A stretch of DNA of 64,000 nt from Chitinispirillum sp. (GTDB lineage: Bacteria > Fibrobacterota > Chitinivibrionia > Chitinivibrionales > Chitinispirillaceae), in the NCBI GenBank assembly GCA_007115975.1, contig SKJJ01000134.1:52249-116248 (forward strand), in the 5' to 3' direction. A model generated the notes under the pieces. That model was not told the DNA's origin, searched no databases, and saw only the letters and a program-made list of their open reading frames with translations. How positions within the stretch are numbered: position 1 is the stretch's first letter; the number at the start of each line of letters is the position of its first letter. This document shows, piece by piece, positions 1 through 10,694 of the stretch. The position numbers and the translations under genes are program-made.

Positions 1-1288
1 TGTCCGCCTCACCAATGACAGAGAGGCAAGACGTGCTCCGGTGCCAGAATATGTGAATGTTACCGTTACAGGAAATGTCGGTGATGTGGTAACAGAAAAA
101 ATCAACGAGGGATTATTCGGAATTAATGCCGCACTGTGGGATGGTGACCTTCTCCTGCCTGAAACCGAAAAGTATGTGAGAGCCGTTAACCACCATGTAC
201 TTCGTTACCCCGGTGGACTCAGGGCTGATGATGATAACTGGAAAGAGGTACTTGCTGCACAGGACTGGATGGTTGATACCGATCAGTTCCTTGAATTCTG
301 CAGAGCTACAAACACCGAAGCGATGATCACGGTTAATTTCGGCAGCGGAACCGTTGAGGATGCCGCTGACTGGGTGAGACATCACAATGTCGATAATGAC
401 GACAACGTCAGGTACTGGGAAGTAGGAAATGAACTTTATGGCGACTGGCATCCTTTCCAGACTTCTGCTGAAGATTACGGAAAACGTACCAGGGAATTTA
501 TTATAGCAATGAAGGAAGTTGATCCTACCATCAAAGTTACGTTCGTTGGCGTGCTTGAAGGAGAGTGGAACAGAACTGTTATGAAGCATGTCAAGGATGT
601 GGCGGATGGTATCAATGTTCACCATTATCCTCAAACTACCGGCGAGGAGAATGATGCAGGTCTGCTTTCATCACCTCAGACCCTCGATGATATTATCCCT
701 AATATTCGAAAAATGCTCAAGGAGCATGGCGAGCCCGGAAAAGAGTATGAGATCTGGCTAACCGAGTGGAATTCGGTGGATTTCGAACCCGGTCCCCAGA
801 CGCTCTCTATTGTGAACGGACTGTTCGTTGCCGATTATCTTGGTATGCTTACAAAACACAATATCGAGCAGGCATCCTACTGGGACATTCATAATGACAT
901 CACCGATCAGGGTGGTGACTACGGCTACCTCTCACGCACAGGAGCACCTGACGGATGCAACGTACCACGACCTTCATACTGGGCCTTTAAGATGGCAAGC
1001 CACAGCCTCGGCCGTGGTTCTCTTCTTAAAAGCGGTACCGAAAGTGACTACGTTACATCCTATCTTACCGTGGATCAAGGAAAAAAATCACTGATGCTTA
1101 TCAACAAGTATCCGATGACCCGCGCTGATGTAACAATCGATATTCCTGGTTTTGAGGGTAAGGCAACTAAACAGCTTCTGAACGCAGAAAGTGGTCAGGC
1201 CGGACCGGGAAAAGAGAGTATGAGAGTTAAAAAAGGTTCTCAACTCTCCTTGCCTCCTTACTCAATCACTACTATTACTCTTGACTGA
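1..1288 (+). CDS. Glycoside hydrolase, clan GH-A (beta/alpha)8 fold (GH30/GH39/GH79-like); 5' end lies outside the window
   Basis: The frame is open from base 2 with no stop; the ORF track begins at an internal GTG at 41. The product has GNELYG (NEL acid/base Glu context) and LTEWN (nucleophile Glu) motifs about 110 aa apart, as in clan GH-A retaining hydrolases. The family assignment is an inference from those motifs only. Confidence 0.6.
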   Translation, partial: VRLTNDREARRAPVPEYVNVTVTGNVGDVVTEKINEGLFGINAALWDGDLLLPETEKYVRAVNHHVLRYPGGLRADDDNWKEVLAAQDWMVDTDQFLEFCRATNTEAMITVNFGSGTVEDAADWVRHHNVDNDDNVRYWEVGNELYGDWHPFQTSAEDYGKRTREFIIAMKEVDPTIKVTFVGVLEGEWNRTVMKHVKDVADGINVHHYPQTTGEENDAGLLSSPQTLDDIIPNIRKMLKEHGEPGKEYEIWLTEWNSVDFEPGPQTLSIVNGLFVADYLGMLTKHNIEQASYWDIHNDITDQGGDYGYLSRTGAPDGCNVPRPSYWAFKMASHSLGRGSLLKSGTESDYVTSYLTVDQGKKSLMLINKYPMTRADVTIDIPGFEGKATKQLLNAESGQAGPGKESMRVKKGSQLSLPPYSITTITLD

Positions 1289-1321
1289 TTCGGGGTAAAA
1301 GAGCCGGTTTTACACAAAAAA

Positions 1322-1350
1322 GGGCAACCCTTCGGGGCTGCCCTTTTTTT
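1322..1350 (+). terminator. Rho-independent terminator after the glycoside hydrolase gene
   Basis: GGGCAACCC-TTCG-GGGCTGCCC hairpin: a 9 bp stem with one A.C mismatch and a UUCG tetraloop, followed by T7, about 35 nt after the stop codon. Confidence 0.75.
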
Positions 1351-1502
1351 GTGCCATGAAGGGGGACGGACCGCTTTTATCTGCCGATATATCAGTGCGT
1401 TGAGTTGCGCTTGTTATGGGGACGGACTATACTTAGCTCCTCCCCGGCTTAGAGTACTGGCGCTAAATAACCCTTTCTGAAAAGGGGAATCCCTGCAACT
1501 AT

Positions 1503-1531
1503 TTGACATGAGTGTTTAAAAAAGTTATACT
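1503..1531 (+). promoter_or_regulatory. Sigma-70-type promoter TTGACA-17-TATACT upstream of the ArsR gene
   Basis: Near-consensus -35 TTGACA at 1503-1508, a 17 nt spacer, and -10 TATACT at 1526-1531. The ORF-track start at 1512 falls inside this element, so the real start was moved to the ATG at 1557, which is preceded by GGAG. Confidence 0.5.
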
Positions 1532-1556
1532 AATAGTAGAATATGGAGATATAGAT

Positions 1557-1820
1557 ATGGATCAGACGTACAAACATAAAGCTGAAGTTCTCAAGGCACT
1601 GGGCCATCCTGTGCGTTACTGCATAGTCGAGGGGCTTGTTGACGGAGAGCAGAATGTTGCAAAGATGGTGCACTGTACCGGGGTAGCGCAGCCTACCGTG
1701 TCGCAGCATCTCAACATTCTCAAGGCCGCAGGAGTTCTAAAGGGGCACCGCAAGGGAAATCAGGTGCTCTATTCAGTTTGCTCTCTGGATGCAATTAAGG
1801 TGGTCCAGGCGATGCGGTGA
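1557..1820 (+). CDS. ArsR/SmtB-family winged-helix transcriptional regulator
   Basis: HTH signature ...VAKMVHCTGVAQPTVSQHLNILKAAGVL... is typical of the ArsR family. The canonical ELCVCD metal-binding motif is absent. An SD-like GGAG lies 8 nt upstream of the ATG at 1557. Confidence 0.8.
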   Translation: MDQTYKHKAEVLKALGHPVRYCIVEGLVDGEQNVAKMVHCTGVAQPTVSQHLNILKAAGVLKGHRKGNQVLYSVCSLDAIKVVQAMR

Positions 1821-1894
1821 TTTTTTTTACCTTAAATATATTAAAATTAGAATAAACGTATATGTTCACCGGTAAACAGCAAAGGGGAGGCGGT

Positions 1895-2059
1895 ATGGTA
1901 CGGTTGATAGTGGGAGTACTGATTGGTGCAACACTGGGCTTTGCCTATTTCAGACTTGTAGGCTGTTCCAGTGGCTTATGCCCCATTACTGCAAATCCAT
2001 ACATCAGTACTCTGTATGGTGCACTGATAGGGGCGCTTTTATCAGGGGCATGGAGTTGA
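1895..2059 (+). CDS. Small two-helix membrane protein (54 aa, GxxxG-rich, CSSGLCP motif)
   Basis: Internal ATG at 1895 preceded by GGGGAGG. Two predicted TM segments, VRLIVGVLIGATLGFAYF and YISTLYGALIGALLSGAW. It sits 75 nt downstream of the ArsR gene on the same strand. Confidence 0.45.
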   Translation: MVRLIVGVLIGATLGFAYFRLVGCSSGLCPITANPYISTLYGALIGALLSGAWS

Positions 2060-2959
2060 GCTAAAGGGTACGGACTGCCGCTATTTTCAATGTATGGGCT
2101 ATCCTGAAGTCTGCTCTCTTTTTTGGATGGCCTTTGAATAATTGTGTGCAATTTGCACCGGGTAATGACAGTGATAGTTAGGATTCTGCATGTTACTGTC
2201 ACAGTGGTTTTATAGGCCGGGAGTGCTCTGTTGTGATCAGTCACCAGCACCGATGCACGTGGTGGAACTGTTTTGATAATTTCATCGGTGACGCCTGGTG
2301 CAGTTGTGTTGCTTAAGGATCTTTAATTACAACTGATTCAGGGGGCAGGCGGTGACCCCGTTGCATTGACAGGCGCAAACAACAGCTTCCCAGAAGCCGA
2401 CACAATACTTGCTGTAAAGCTGAAAAGATGTAAGAGACGCAGGCGAGCGGCCTCTTGCTTTACAGGTGTGTGATAGCCTCACAGAGCGGCTGCATTTTTA
2501 CAAGTAGTAAAGATTTCAGAGTAGTATTCACAAGGTTGGAAAAATCCTCGCTGTATAGGGTAATCACTTCTGCTGAATCGATGTATATCTACGTGATTTC
2601 AATGACCCAATGCTGTTCAAAGTGTCTCTATCATAAGTGGGGCAAGGGGGTGGGGCGACCCGGCGATCGCTTGCAGTTATTAGGTTAAAGCAAAATCCTG
2701 TGGTAACGACCAGTGGTTAGCATAGTAGGTATTATTGTATTGATTTGACACCAGTGTTCAGTGGTATACTCCCTATCTCTATTTTTTGCAAATGGCCCCT
2801 CTTTTGCAGTTTTAATCACTGCGCCCATACAATTATCATTTCCGGTTACAAAGTGACCAGGGTAAGCAGTGGCAATTCCGCTGCAACCAGTAGTGATCCA
2901 AGCGGACAGGCTCAAATTTCGCGGGTATAATTTAAAGGCTTATAACGCAGAGGTTTTCT

Positions 2960-4804
2960 ATGGGGTATTGTGCGATAAAATGGGTGGGGATATTAAGCGC
3001 TTTCTATGTGCTGTCTTATGGTTTGTCTGCACGATTTTCAGATACATTTTCACTTTTTCTCCTGATAATGTGGGTCGCTCTATCATTGATGTCTTCTCTG
3101 TCGGTCTTGCACTGCAAAGGGTTTGTAAAGCAGAACCTCTGTTATATCTTGACTGCACTGTTTATCTCTTCTGCGTTACTTAAACTGTTCGACCTGTCGA
3201 TGAATCCGATGAGTAATAGTGTTGCCGGTGAATCATCTCCGTTTATGATTTCAAGAGTGCTGGACAGCACACTAATCCTTATAGCACTCCACTTCTCACT
3301 CACCCCTTCCCGGACAACGATCCGGAACACTCTGATAAATCCAAAAGCAAAACGGACTGGGTTACACTTCTGCTATTTGGTTGCTCTTACCGCACTTATT
3401 CTGCAGCTAACGGCAGCACCGATACAAAGCGTTATCAAAAACCCCCTGTTTAATCCATCGGTTGCCCTGTTTAACCTGACGGCTCTGGCTGTTTCTTCTC
3501 TGTACCTGCACCGTAAAGCAGGCTATGTATCAGATCTGATTTCACAAAACGTAAGCCGTTATCTGCTGTTACTACTCTGTTCTGAACTGATTCTGATGAC
3601 TGGATTTACGCCTGGTGCTCACCTTTTACATACAGGTGCGGCCTGGTATCTGTACAAAGCCATAGCGGGGGATGCATTAGAGATGTTCAGGTATGTTTCA
3701 ACCCAGGAGATAATCAGTAAATGTGAGGCAGATTGTTTGGCGCGTAAAAGAGCCGAAGAGCGCCTCCTAAAGCAGGAGATGCTAAGAGATGATCTTGCGA
3801 AAATACTTACAGAAAACAGATGGGACAGATTGCTCGATACGATTCTTCTCAGAGCGGTTTCGCTCCTGGGTGGATCCGGCGGTGAGCTTGGTGTTGTCGA
3901 TAATAAAAGGGGGCTGATAAAAATTGAATCGTGCGTGAATATAGACTCAGATCGATTGGGGAGGACATTTGCTTTTGGTGAAGACTTGATTGGTTCTGTG
4001 GCACTGAGCAGAAAACCTCTATTAATACACTCCAGTGGGGTAGGTCAGGTGAGGTTACCTCACTACCCCTTTGAACGGTGGAGCGAAATAATCTCTGTGC
4101 CTGTTGAGTGTGCCGGGCAACTTATCGCTGTTATCGTTATAACGGAAAACGATTTGTTGCACGAGTTTACACACAAAGAGCTGAAACTTCTCATGACATT
4201 TGCTGATCAGGTCGCTATAGTGATAAAGAACACCCAATACCTTGAGCAGATACGGCTTAGAGCAGAGACCGATTCTCTTACCGGTTTGTACAACCGAGGA
4301 CACTTTATCACTCTTGCTAAATCAGAGTCTGAACGGGCCCTTCGGTATAACCACTCTTTCTCGGTACTAATGATTGATATAGATCATTTTAAAATGATCA
4401 ATGATACCTATGGACATTCAACAGGAGATCAGGTCATTGTAAAAATTGCAGACCTATGCAAACAGATGTTTAGAAAAATTGATGTTGTGGGAAGATATGG
4501 TGGTGAGGAATTTATCGCCCTTTTACCTGAAACCGATTCGGCTATGGCCGTGGAAGTCGCTGAACGATTCAGGCAGGCGGTAGCCGAGCTTGCAATTCAA
4601 TCAGCAATAAACAGGGTACATGTCACCGTCTCACTTGGTGTGTCGTGCGTGGATTGTAGTAGCAGGACAACCGAGGATTTGGTAGAGCGGGCCGATGAGG
4701 CACTCTATTTTGCAAAATCAGGAGGAAGAAACAGAACCTGTTGCTGGAACACGGTTATCCATTCAGAACTCGCTAAAGCAAGGGCGGCTGAGATTTGTAA
4801 ATAG
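2960..4804 (+). CDS. Diguanylate cyclase: N-terminal polytopic membrane domain + GAF + GGDEF
   Basis: The first ~230 aa form about 8 hydrophobic helices. The central region is GAF-like. The C-terminal domain has RYGGEEF (an active GGEEF site) and the conserved DxLTGLxNR and HxxGD motifs of GGDEF domains. Confidence 0.8.
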   Translation: MGYCAIKWVGILSAFYVLSYGLSARFSDTFSLFLLIMWVALSLMSSLSVLHCKGFVKQNLCYILTALFISSALLKLFDLSMNPMSNSVAGESSPFMISRVLDSTLILIALHFSLTPSRTTIRNTLINPKAKRTGLHFCYLVALTALILQLTAAPIQSVIKNPLFNPSVALFNLTALAVSSLYLHRKAGYVSDLISQNVSRYLLLLLCSELILMTGFTPGAHLLHTGAAWYLYKAIAGDALEMFRYVSTQEIISKCEADCLARKRAEERLLKQEMLRDDLAKILTENRWDRLLDTILLRAVSLLGGSGGELGVVDNKRGLIKIESCVNIDSDRLGRTFAFGEDLIGSVALSRKPLLIHSSGVGQVRLPHYPFERWSEIISVPVECAGQLIAVIVITENDLLHEFTHKELKLLMTFADQVAIVIKNTQYLEQIRLRAETDSLTGLYNRGHFITLAKSESERALRYNHSFSVLMIDIDHFKMINDTYGHSTGDQVIVKIADLCKQMFRKIDVVGRYGGEEFIALLPETDSAMAVEVAERFRQAVAELAIQSAINRVHVTVSLGVSCVDCSSRTTEDLVERADEALYFAKSGGRNRTCCWNTVIHSELAKARAAEICK

Positions 4805-5081
4805 ATAGTGCGGGCAGTAGTTTGAGACCATGGCTAAAACAGACTTGCGCTTCGCGCCGATCCGGATGCACACTGCTGTGCAGGACAACCAGTCGCCGAA
4901 TAAATACCCGGATTAAAAGTGTGTGAGGGGGGAGAGGGAAGGTGCTGAAGGCCCCAGCAGGAAAAGATACAAAAAAGGGCTGGAGAAAGAGAGAGAAAAA
5001 GTCAGCCTTGCGGTTATAGGGCTTGACACCTTAATTATTTTAAAGCGTGAGGTACAATAAAACATTCTGAAGGGAAACGAT

Positions 5082-5840
5082 ATGTTTGAAAATGAGTTGT
5101 CAGTTGCTTTGCATGCAGCAAGAGAGGCTGGACAAATTCAGCTCCAGGGAAGAGAGCTAATGGGGGAAGTTGAATTTAAAGAGGATGACTCCCCGGTAAC
5201 AGATGTCGACAAGAGGTGTGAAAAAGTAATCACTGAATTCCTGGCAGAAAAATTCCCGCGTGATGGGCTCTTGGGTGAGGAGAATGGTGAAGTGACTGGC
5301 ACAAGCGAAAGACGGTGGATTATTGACCCCCTCGATGGTACAAGGCCATTTATCAGGGGTATCCCAACTTACGGGGTGTTGATCGCTCTTGAGCAGCAGA
5401 GCGTTCCGGTTGTGGGTGTCATGTATCTGCCGGCACTCGACTGCCTCTGTTATGCATCAAGAGGGGGCGGGGCTTTTTTAAACGGAAAAAAAGTGAAGGT
5501 TTCCGCTACCGATAGTCTCCAAGCTGCACTGGGCAGTGCCCTTGGATTTGTAGAAAATAGTGAGATGCATGACGGAAGAAAACTCTTTAACCTTATGAAG
5601 AGCTGGAACTACACCTATGGCTTCATGGATTGCTATACCTACGTTTGTGTGGCAGGAGGAAAGTTAGATCTGTCGGTGAGTCTTCTTGATAAGCCCTGGG
5701 ATTGTGCTGCGGCAGCATGCATTGTCAAGGAGGCCGGTGGGAGATACTCAGATATAGATGGCAAAGAGTCAATATATAACGGTTCGGTTATTTTCAGCAA
5801 CGGGATTATTCATGATGAAGTTCTGAGATATTTCAACTGA
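5082..5840 (+). CDS. Inositol monophosphatase-family phosphatase (SuhB/HisN-like)
   Basis: WIIDPLDGT metal-binding motif plus DCAAAACIVKEAGG, as in the IMPase/FBPase fold. Confidence 0.8.
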   Translation: MFENELSVALHAAREAGQIQLQGRELMGEVEFKEDDSPVTDVDKRCEKVITEFLAEKFPRDGLLGEENGEVTGTSERRWIIDPLDGTRPFIRGIPTYGVLIALEQQSVPVVGVMYLPALDCLCYASRGGGAFLNGKKVKVSATDSLQAALGSALGFVENSEMHDGRKLFNLMKSWNYTYGFMDCYTYVCVAGGKLDLSVSLLDKPWDCAAAACIVKEAGGRYSDIDGKESIYNGSVIFSNGIIHDEVLRYFN

Positions 5841-5981
5841 TAAAACCCGATCACTTGAGAGCCCCCTGAATCCTTCGGTGGGAGACGTAACCTCTGCGCC
5901 CCTGCGTTTTATTCTCACAATCGGATTTGCTGCCCACTGGAGGTCTGGCTATTACGTGAGACCTCTGGGCCGATGAAATGT

Positions 5982-7127
5982 CTAAATCTCCGATTGCTCC
6001 ACAGCACCGTTATATGATCTGATAAGCTGTCCTAGCCTGTTCCACCGTATCCATGGAAACGAAGATGTATCCAGCGAAAGGTACAGTATAAATGCCCTCG
6101 CCTTTATAAAATTCCGATTGACATAACCCCAGTAGCGTGAATCCATGGAGTTGTTGCGGTTGTCGCCAATCATGAAATAGTTATCAAAACGAACGGTGTA
6201 GCTCTCAACGTTTTCGCCATTGAGGTAGAGCCGTTTTTGCAGCTCAACCTCACTCTCTGGAAATTGGTTGGATATCTGAGTTGTCACAAAACCAAGTATG
6301 TCATCCAGATGAGTCCAGTCATCCACCGTGTTAAAATCGAAGGGGCGCTGTTCTCCGCCTTGTGTCCTGAATGAGATGTTTCCCGAATGGAGATCTGAAA
6401 GGGTGATTTTTGAACCAGAAAACGGGAATGGAACCGCGTCTGCGTTCTTGCCATCAACGAAAATGCTGAATGTAACACGTAGGTTGCTTCGGGTGTTTTC
6501 CTGACGTATCAGATGCTTGAGAAACAGAAACTCTCTTATGTTCATGGTGTCCGGTTGCAGCACATCACCGGCCTGGGGGATTCTTAGTGGTGAAAAATTG
6601 GAAATTCTCTCATCGATGTTGATTCTCCTTTCAAACTTTCCCGCTGGTGGAAGCTCAATCTTCTGGTCATCAACAAAGGTCAGCTGATTGCGGATCTCAA
6701 TAACGGAACCGGGGCCTGCAATATTTCGTTTAATGTAGTCCTTACGATCGGTGCCGGGATATTTGAAAATGACCACATCACCGGGTTTGGGATCGGTGAA
6801 AGCGGGAAGTCGCTGGGTGATGCCAAGTTCCTGCGAAAAGGGCAGAATCGGAGCCCCGTAGATAAATTTTAACCCCAAAAGCATATCTCCCACCTTGAGA
6901 CTCTCTTCCATTGAGCCTGTGGGGATCTTAAACGCCTGTATAACATAAATTATTGCGATCAGTGCCATAATCAAGGCTGAACTAAGCTCTTTTGTCAGGC
7001 GTAATAACCCGGCCTTCTCTGATCTTTTTCTGTTTTCACTGGACAAAAAAATCCTCCGTTTCAGGAATTTCCTACAAAAAGGGGAGTTGCTATAACATCG
7101 AAAAGTGATTTCGTCAAAAAGGAACAA
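5982..7127 (-). CDS. lepB: Signal peptidase I (LepB); exact N-terminal start is uncertain
   Basis: TM anchor followed by the KIPTGSM box B catalytic Ser motif, the GDML box, and the box E motif YFMIGDNRNNSMDSRYWG. It has a large insertion between the boxes and is long (381 aa); the true start may be an internal codon near 7040. Confidence 0.8.
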   Translation of the reverse strand: MFLFDEITFRCYSNSPFCRKFLKRRIFLSSENRKRSEKAGLLRLTKELSSALIMALIAIIYVIQAFKIPTGSMEESLKVGDMLLGLKFIYGAPILPFSQELGITQRLPAFTDPKPGDVVIFKYPGTDRKDYIKRNIAGPGSVIEIRNQLTFVDDQKIELPPAGKFERRINIDERISNFSPLRIPQAGDVLQPDTMNIREFLFLKHLIRQENTRSNLRVTFSIFVDGKNADAVPFPFSGSKITLSDLHSGNISFRTQGGEQRPFDFNTVDDWTHLDDILGFVTTQISNQFPESEVELQKRLYLNGENVESYTVRFDNYFMIGDNRNNSMDSRYWGYVNRNFIKARAFILYLSLDTSSFPWIRWNRLGQLIRSYNGAVEQSEI

Positions 7128-7325
7128 TTATTTAAAATAATTTTTACCAATCAGAACATTGGAAAAATAACCAATGAGGGGCAGATGAAAGGTATAAGGC
7201 CCCAACTGGGTGGTGAGGGTTTAGACAGAAAAAATAACACTTTTCATGCTGCAACCATGCTCCTGCCGGGAAAAGATTAAAAAGCAGAAGTTCGTACCTC
7301 CCCCAGACTTGCTTGTGCTAAACAC

Positions 7326-8546
7326 TTAAGCCCGATCGTTGCGGGGTTCAGGGACTCTCAGTGCAGAACTTAATGCAATCACCACAATCGTAAGCACAGC
7401 AAAAAAAAGGGCAATAAACAGAAATGGTATCTCCCTGTCCAGAGCATAACCCAAGACCGGTGGACCAAGTGCGGTTGAAAAAACCATAACCGTGCTGAAA
7501 AATCCCCGTATCCTGCCAAGTTCAGCTGTGCCGTATATCTCTGCAAGAAGAGCGCCTTTGAGAGTGCTGCCAAATCCTGTTACAAATCCAAGAACTGCGT
7601 AGAAAAAAGGTAACACGACCCATGCCTGGATAAAGCCGAGTAAAATCAGGGCTATGAACAGAGGTGCCAGATAAAGGGGAAAAAAGAAGCGCGCCGAATA
7701 GCGGTCAACCAGTGGACCTGCGCTTACCATTGAAATTGCTCCGGCCACCGAGTAAAAAATAAATGAAAATGCTACCTGAGATGCGCTCCAGCCCCTCGTC
7801 TCTGCAAGGACAAACTGGTAAAGAAACAAGGCGGTTGAAAACAGGGGAATGAAAGCCATGTTTACCCCTATTATCCAAAAAGTCGGTGATAAGAACAGGT
7901 CCCGTTTCCTGCTTTTACTGAGTTTTTCACCACTCCGGGTTACCGGCATATGGGCACTGGTTTTTCGGAGCATAAACAGTGCGGGGATAACGATAACAGA
8001 TGCTCCAAGCACTGCATAGTGAAGAGAATTTCTCCAGCCATGGATGTCGATAAGCCACACAATAATTATCGGAAGTGCAAATTGCCCGGCCGGATGACCA
8101 AGCAGAGTCAGCCCCAAAGCTCTGCCGCGTTCGCTGCTGAAATGACGTGCTATACCGGTATTGGCCGTATGTGTCATAAGCCCCTGTCCAAGCCAGCGGA
8201 CAAAGAACAGTGATAGGGCAAAGTGAAAAAAAGTTTGGGCAAAGGAGAGGGAAACAACTGCCACCAGAAGTGCTGAGAAGACGATTGCTGCAAAGGTCCG
8301 TATCGCAAGCCGGTCCACATATCTGCCAAAAACAGAGAGCAGCAGCGCAGAGGTAAGTGTCAAAGCGGTATAAAGATAACCAAAAGACGCTTTGTTCAGT
8401 TCAAAGGAGATGATCCAATAGGGGACAAAAATAGAGATAAAGAATGTCTGCCCAAATGAGGAGAAGAAATTGAACAGAAAGCCAAAGTTCAAGAGCCGTT
8501 TGTTTGTTTTGATAAACTGGAGCATAAAAGTAGGAGATTGCCTCAA
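7326..8546 (-). CDS. MFS transporter (12 TM)
   Basis: Twelve hydrophobic segments in a 6+6 arrangement with a basic central loop (RKTSAHMPVTRSGEKLSKSRKRD). Confidence 0.8.
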   Translation of the reverse strand: MRQSPTFMLQFIKTNKRLLNFGFLFNFFSSFGQTFFISIFVPYWIISFELNKASFGYLYTALTLTSALLLSVFGRYVDRLAIRTFAAIVFSALLVAVVSLSFAQTFFHFALSLFFVRWLGQGLMTHTANTGIARHFSSERGRALGLTLLGHPAGQFALPIIIVWLIDIHGWRNSLHYAVLGASVIVIPALFMLRKTSAHMPVTRSGEKLSKSRKRDLFLSPTFWIIGVNMAFIPLFSTALFLYQFVLAETRGWSASQVAFSFIFYSVAGAISMVSAGPLVDRYSARFFFPLYLAPLFIALILLGFIQAWVVLPFFYAVLGFVTGFGSTLKGALLAEIYGTAELGRIRGFFSTVMVFSTALGPPVLGYALDREIPFLFIALFFAVLTIVVIALSSALRVPEPRNDRA

Positions 8547-8579
8547 TTGTATACTGAAAAGAGTTGAACTAGTTTTGGT

Positions 8580-9656
8580 TTAACGGTTTGGATCGAGTGC
8601 ATCCCGCAACCCATCACCCACAAAGTTAAATGCCATGACGGTAAGAAAAATAAAAAAACCGGGCAGAAGAATCCAGGGGTGGTGCTGTATGTCTGAGATG
8701 TTCATTGCCGCGCTCAAAAGATTACCCCATGAGGCGTGGGGATCCTGAATTCCAAGACCGATAAGACTCAGCGCCGATTCGCCCAATATGTAGGCTGGAA
8801 TGGATAGTGTCATCGATATTATTGCATAGGAGAGTGTCTGCGGTAAAATATGTATGAAAATTATTCTGGCGTGTGATGCACCCAGTGCTTTGGCCGCAAC
8901 CACAAAATCACGCTTTGCGATGGAAAGTGACATTCCACGTATAACCCTCGCAAAACCAGCCCAGCCGATAAGACTCATAATGATTACAATAAGAAAGTAG
9001 ATCTGTACCGATGAAACCCTTATTGGAAAAGCACTTCTAAGTGCAAGCATCAGGAAAAACGATGGTACGAGCATGAAACACTCTGCAAAACGCATCAGAA
9101 GCCAATCAAGTTTACCCCCGAAATAGCCCGATATCCCGCCTACCAGAAAACCAAACAGAGAGGTTATTGCAACCCCGAAAAAACCTATGGTAAGCGATAC
9201 CCTCGAACCGTAGATTATCCTGGAAAAAAGGTCTCTGCCCACCGGATCGGCCCCCATAAGGTACACTCTCACATTCTGCTGATTCTGCTCCAGGCCAAAA
9301 AGACGCCTCTGCAGAGGAATGATCCCCCAGAGCTTAACCGGCTCTCCTCTGGCAAACAGCTTGAGCTGGTAAGGGGTGCTCTTGTCTTGAACGTACACAC
9401 GCTCGTAGTATCGATTGAACGAGTAGGTGTAGGGGTACACTACCGGCGGAAACTGGAATTTTCCCTCGTGAAAAAAGTGTAACTTGCTCGGGGGCTGAAA
9501 TGAGAGACTCCTGTCGGGATCATCAAAATGGTAGGGTGCAATAAATTCTGCAAAGATCATCACAAAGTAGAGTATACCCAGAATAATAAGCCCTGGAAGA
9601 GCAAGGGGGTGATGGAAAAATTTTCGTAATGATCTGTTGTTGTGTAGGAGTTTCAT
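8580..9656 (-). CDS. ABC peptide/nickel-type permease, OppC/DppC family
   Basis: N-terminal extension plus the binding-protein-dependent permease EAA-like region (LSIAKRDFVVAAKALGAS), as in OppC. Confidence 0.85.
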   Translation of the reverse strand: MKLLHNNRSLRKFFHHPLALPGLIILGILYFVMIFAEFIAPYHFDDPDRSLSFQPPSKLHFFHEGKFQFPPVVYPYTYSFNRYYERVYVQDKSTPYQLKLFARGEPVKLWGIIPLQRRLFGLEQNQQNVRVYLMGADPVGRDLFSRIIYGSRVSLTIGFFGVAITSLFGFLVGGISGYFGGKLDWLLMRFAECFMLVPSFFLMLALRSAFPIRVSSVQIYFLIVIIMSLIGWAGFARVIRGMSLSIAKRDFVVAAKALGASHARIIFIHILPQTLSYAIISMTLSIPAYILGESALSLIGLGIQDPHASWGNLLSAAMNISDIQHHPWILLPGFFIFLTVMAFNFVGDGLRDALDPNR

Positions 9657-9713
9657 ATCATTCTGATTCTTTGTTTTTCTAAGATACTTTTAAAATACCA
9701 TTCATTTACGTTG

Positions 9714-10694
9714 CTATTTTCTCACTCTTGGGTCAGCTATTACAAGCAGCACGTCTGCGACCATGTTTCCGACGATAAGCATCAATCCCCCCATAAGCAT
9801 ACTTCCCATGATCAGGAAAATATCCTGCGAGCGAACCGCTGCAAGCATCAGACTCCCCAGTCCAGGCCAGTTTAAAATAATCTCTAAAAGAGCGGCTCCG
9901 CTCAGAAGAGCTGAAAATTCAAAACCGAACAGCGTGATCAGAGGGTTGACTGCATTTCGCAAGGCATGCCTGTATACGACCTTGTTTTCCGGCAACCCCT
10001 TTGCCCGTGCCGTTACGACATACTGCTTTCTGAGCTCTTCGAGCATGTTTCCACGGCTTATTCTCTGCAGCCCAGCAAGGGCTCCTACGGTAAGTACCGA
10101 CACAGGAATGATCATATGAGCTGCGCGGTCGATAATTTTGCCGAAAAAACTCATCTGATCATAATCTGAAGAGGCCATCCCTCCTATGGGTATAAGAGAT
10201 ATGAGGGGGAGGTCTCTGGCCGAAAAAACAAGAAACATCACCATCAACGCAAGAAAAAAGCTTGGCAGAGACATCCCAAAATAGGAGATCAAAGACATTA
10301 TCCGGTCTCCCCATGAGTACTGTTTTACCGCAGCATAAATCCCCAGGGGAATGGCAATGGTCCATGTAAACAGTATGGAGAAAAATGACAGGGTCAGAGT
10401 GTTAAACAGCCGTTCCCCAATGACACTGGTAACACTGGCATCACGGGAAAATGAGTGTCCGAGGTCGAGCCTCACAGCTCTCAGGAGCCAGTGACCGTAC
10501 TGCACAACGATCGGTTTATCGAAATGATATTTCTGCTCGATCTCTGCAACTGTTTCGCTGCTGATCCTCGGGTCAAAGCGGTAATTTGCAAGAATGTCAC
10601 CCGGAGCAAGGTCAATAAACAGAAAGGTGATAAATGACATCAGCAGAAGCTGAGGTATGGAGACCATTGCGCGGCGTATGAGTTCTTCTTTCAT
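9714..10694 (-). CDS. ABC peptide/nickel-type permease, OppB/DppB family
   Basis: Six TM segments and an EAA loop (VVTARAKGLPENKVVYRHALRNA) typical of OppB/DppB. Confidence 0.85.
   Translation of the reverse strand: MKEELIRRAMVSIPQLLLMSFITFLFIDLAPGDILANYRFDPRISSETVAEIEQKYHFDKPIVVQYGHWLLRAVRLDLGHSFSRDASVTSVIGERLFNTLTLSFFSILFTWTIAIPLGIYAAVKQYSWGDRIMSLISYFGMSLPSFFLALMVMFLVFSARDLPLISLIPIGGMASSDYDQMSFFGKIIDRAAHMIIPVSVLTVGALAGLQRISRGNMLEELRKQYVVTARAKGLPENKVVYRHALRNAVNPLITLFGFEFSALLSGAALLEIILNWPGLGSLMLAAVRSQDIFLIMGSMLMGGLMLIVGNMVADVLLVIADPRVRK

Noticed and set aside
113-634. Antisense ORFs nested inside well-supported genes (this one, and others such as 14106-14717, 15495-16058, 20138-20782, 20478-20858 and 23144-23467)
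   Set aside because: They lie entirely within longer ORFs on the opposite strand that have strong domain signatures. They have no RBS or motifs, which is the typical shadow-ORF pattern.
1512-1556. Upstream extension of the ArsR ORF to 1512
   Set aside because: The extension overlaps a near-consensus sigma-70 promoter (TTGACA-17-TATACT). The ATG at 1557 has a GGAG RBS and gives a family-typical 87 aa product.
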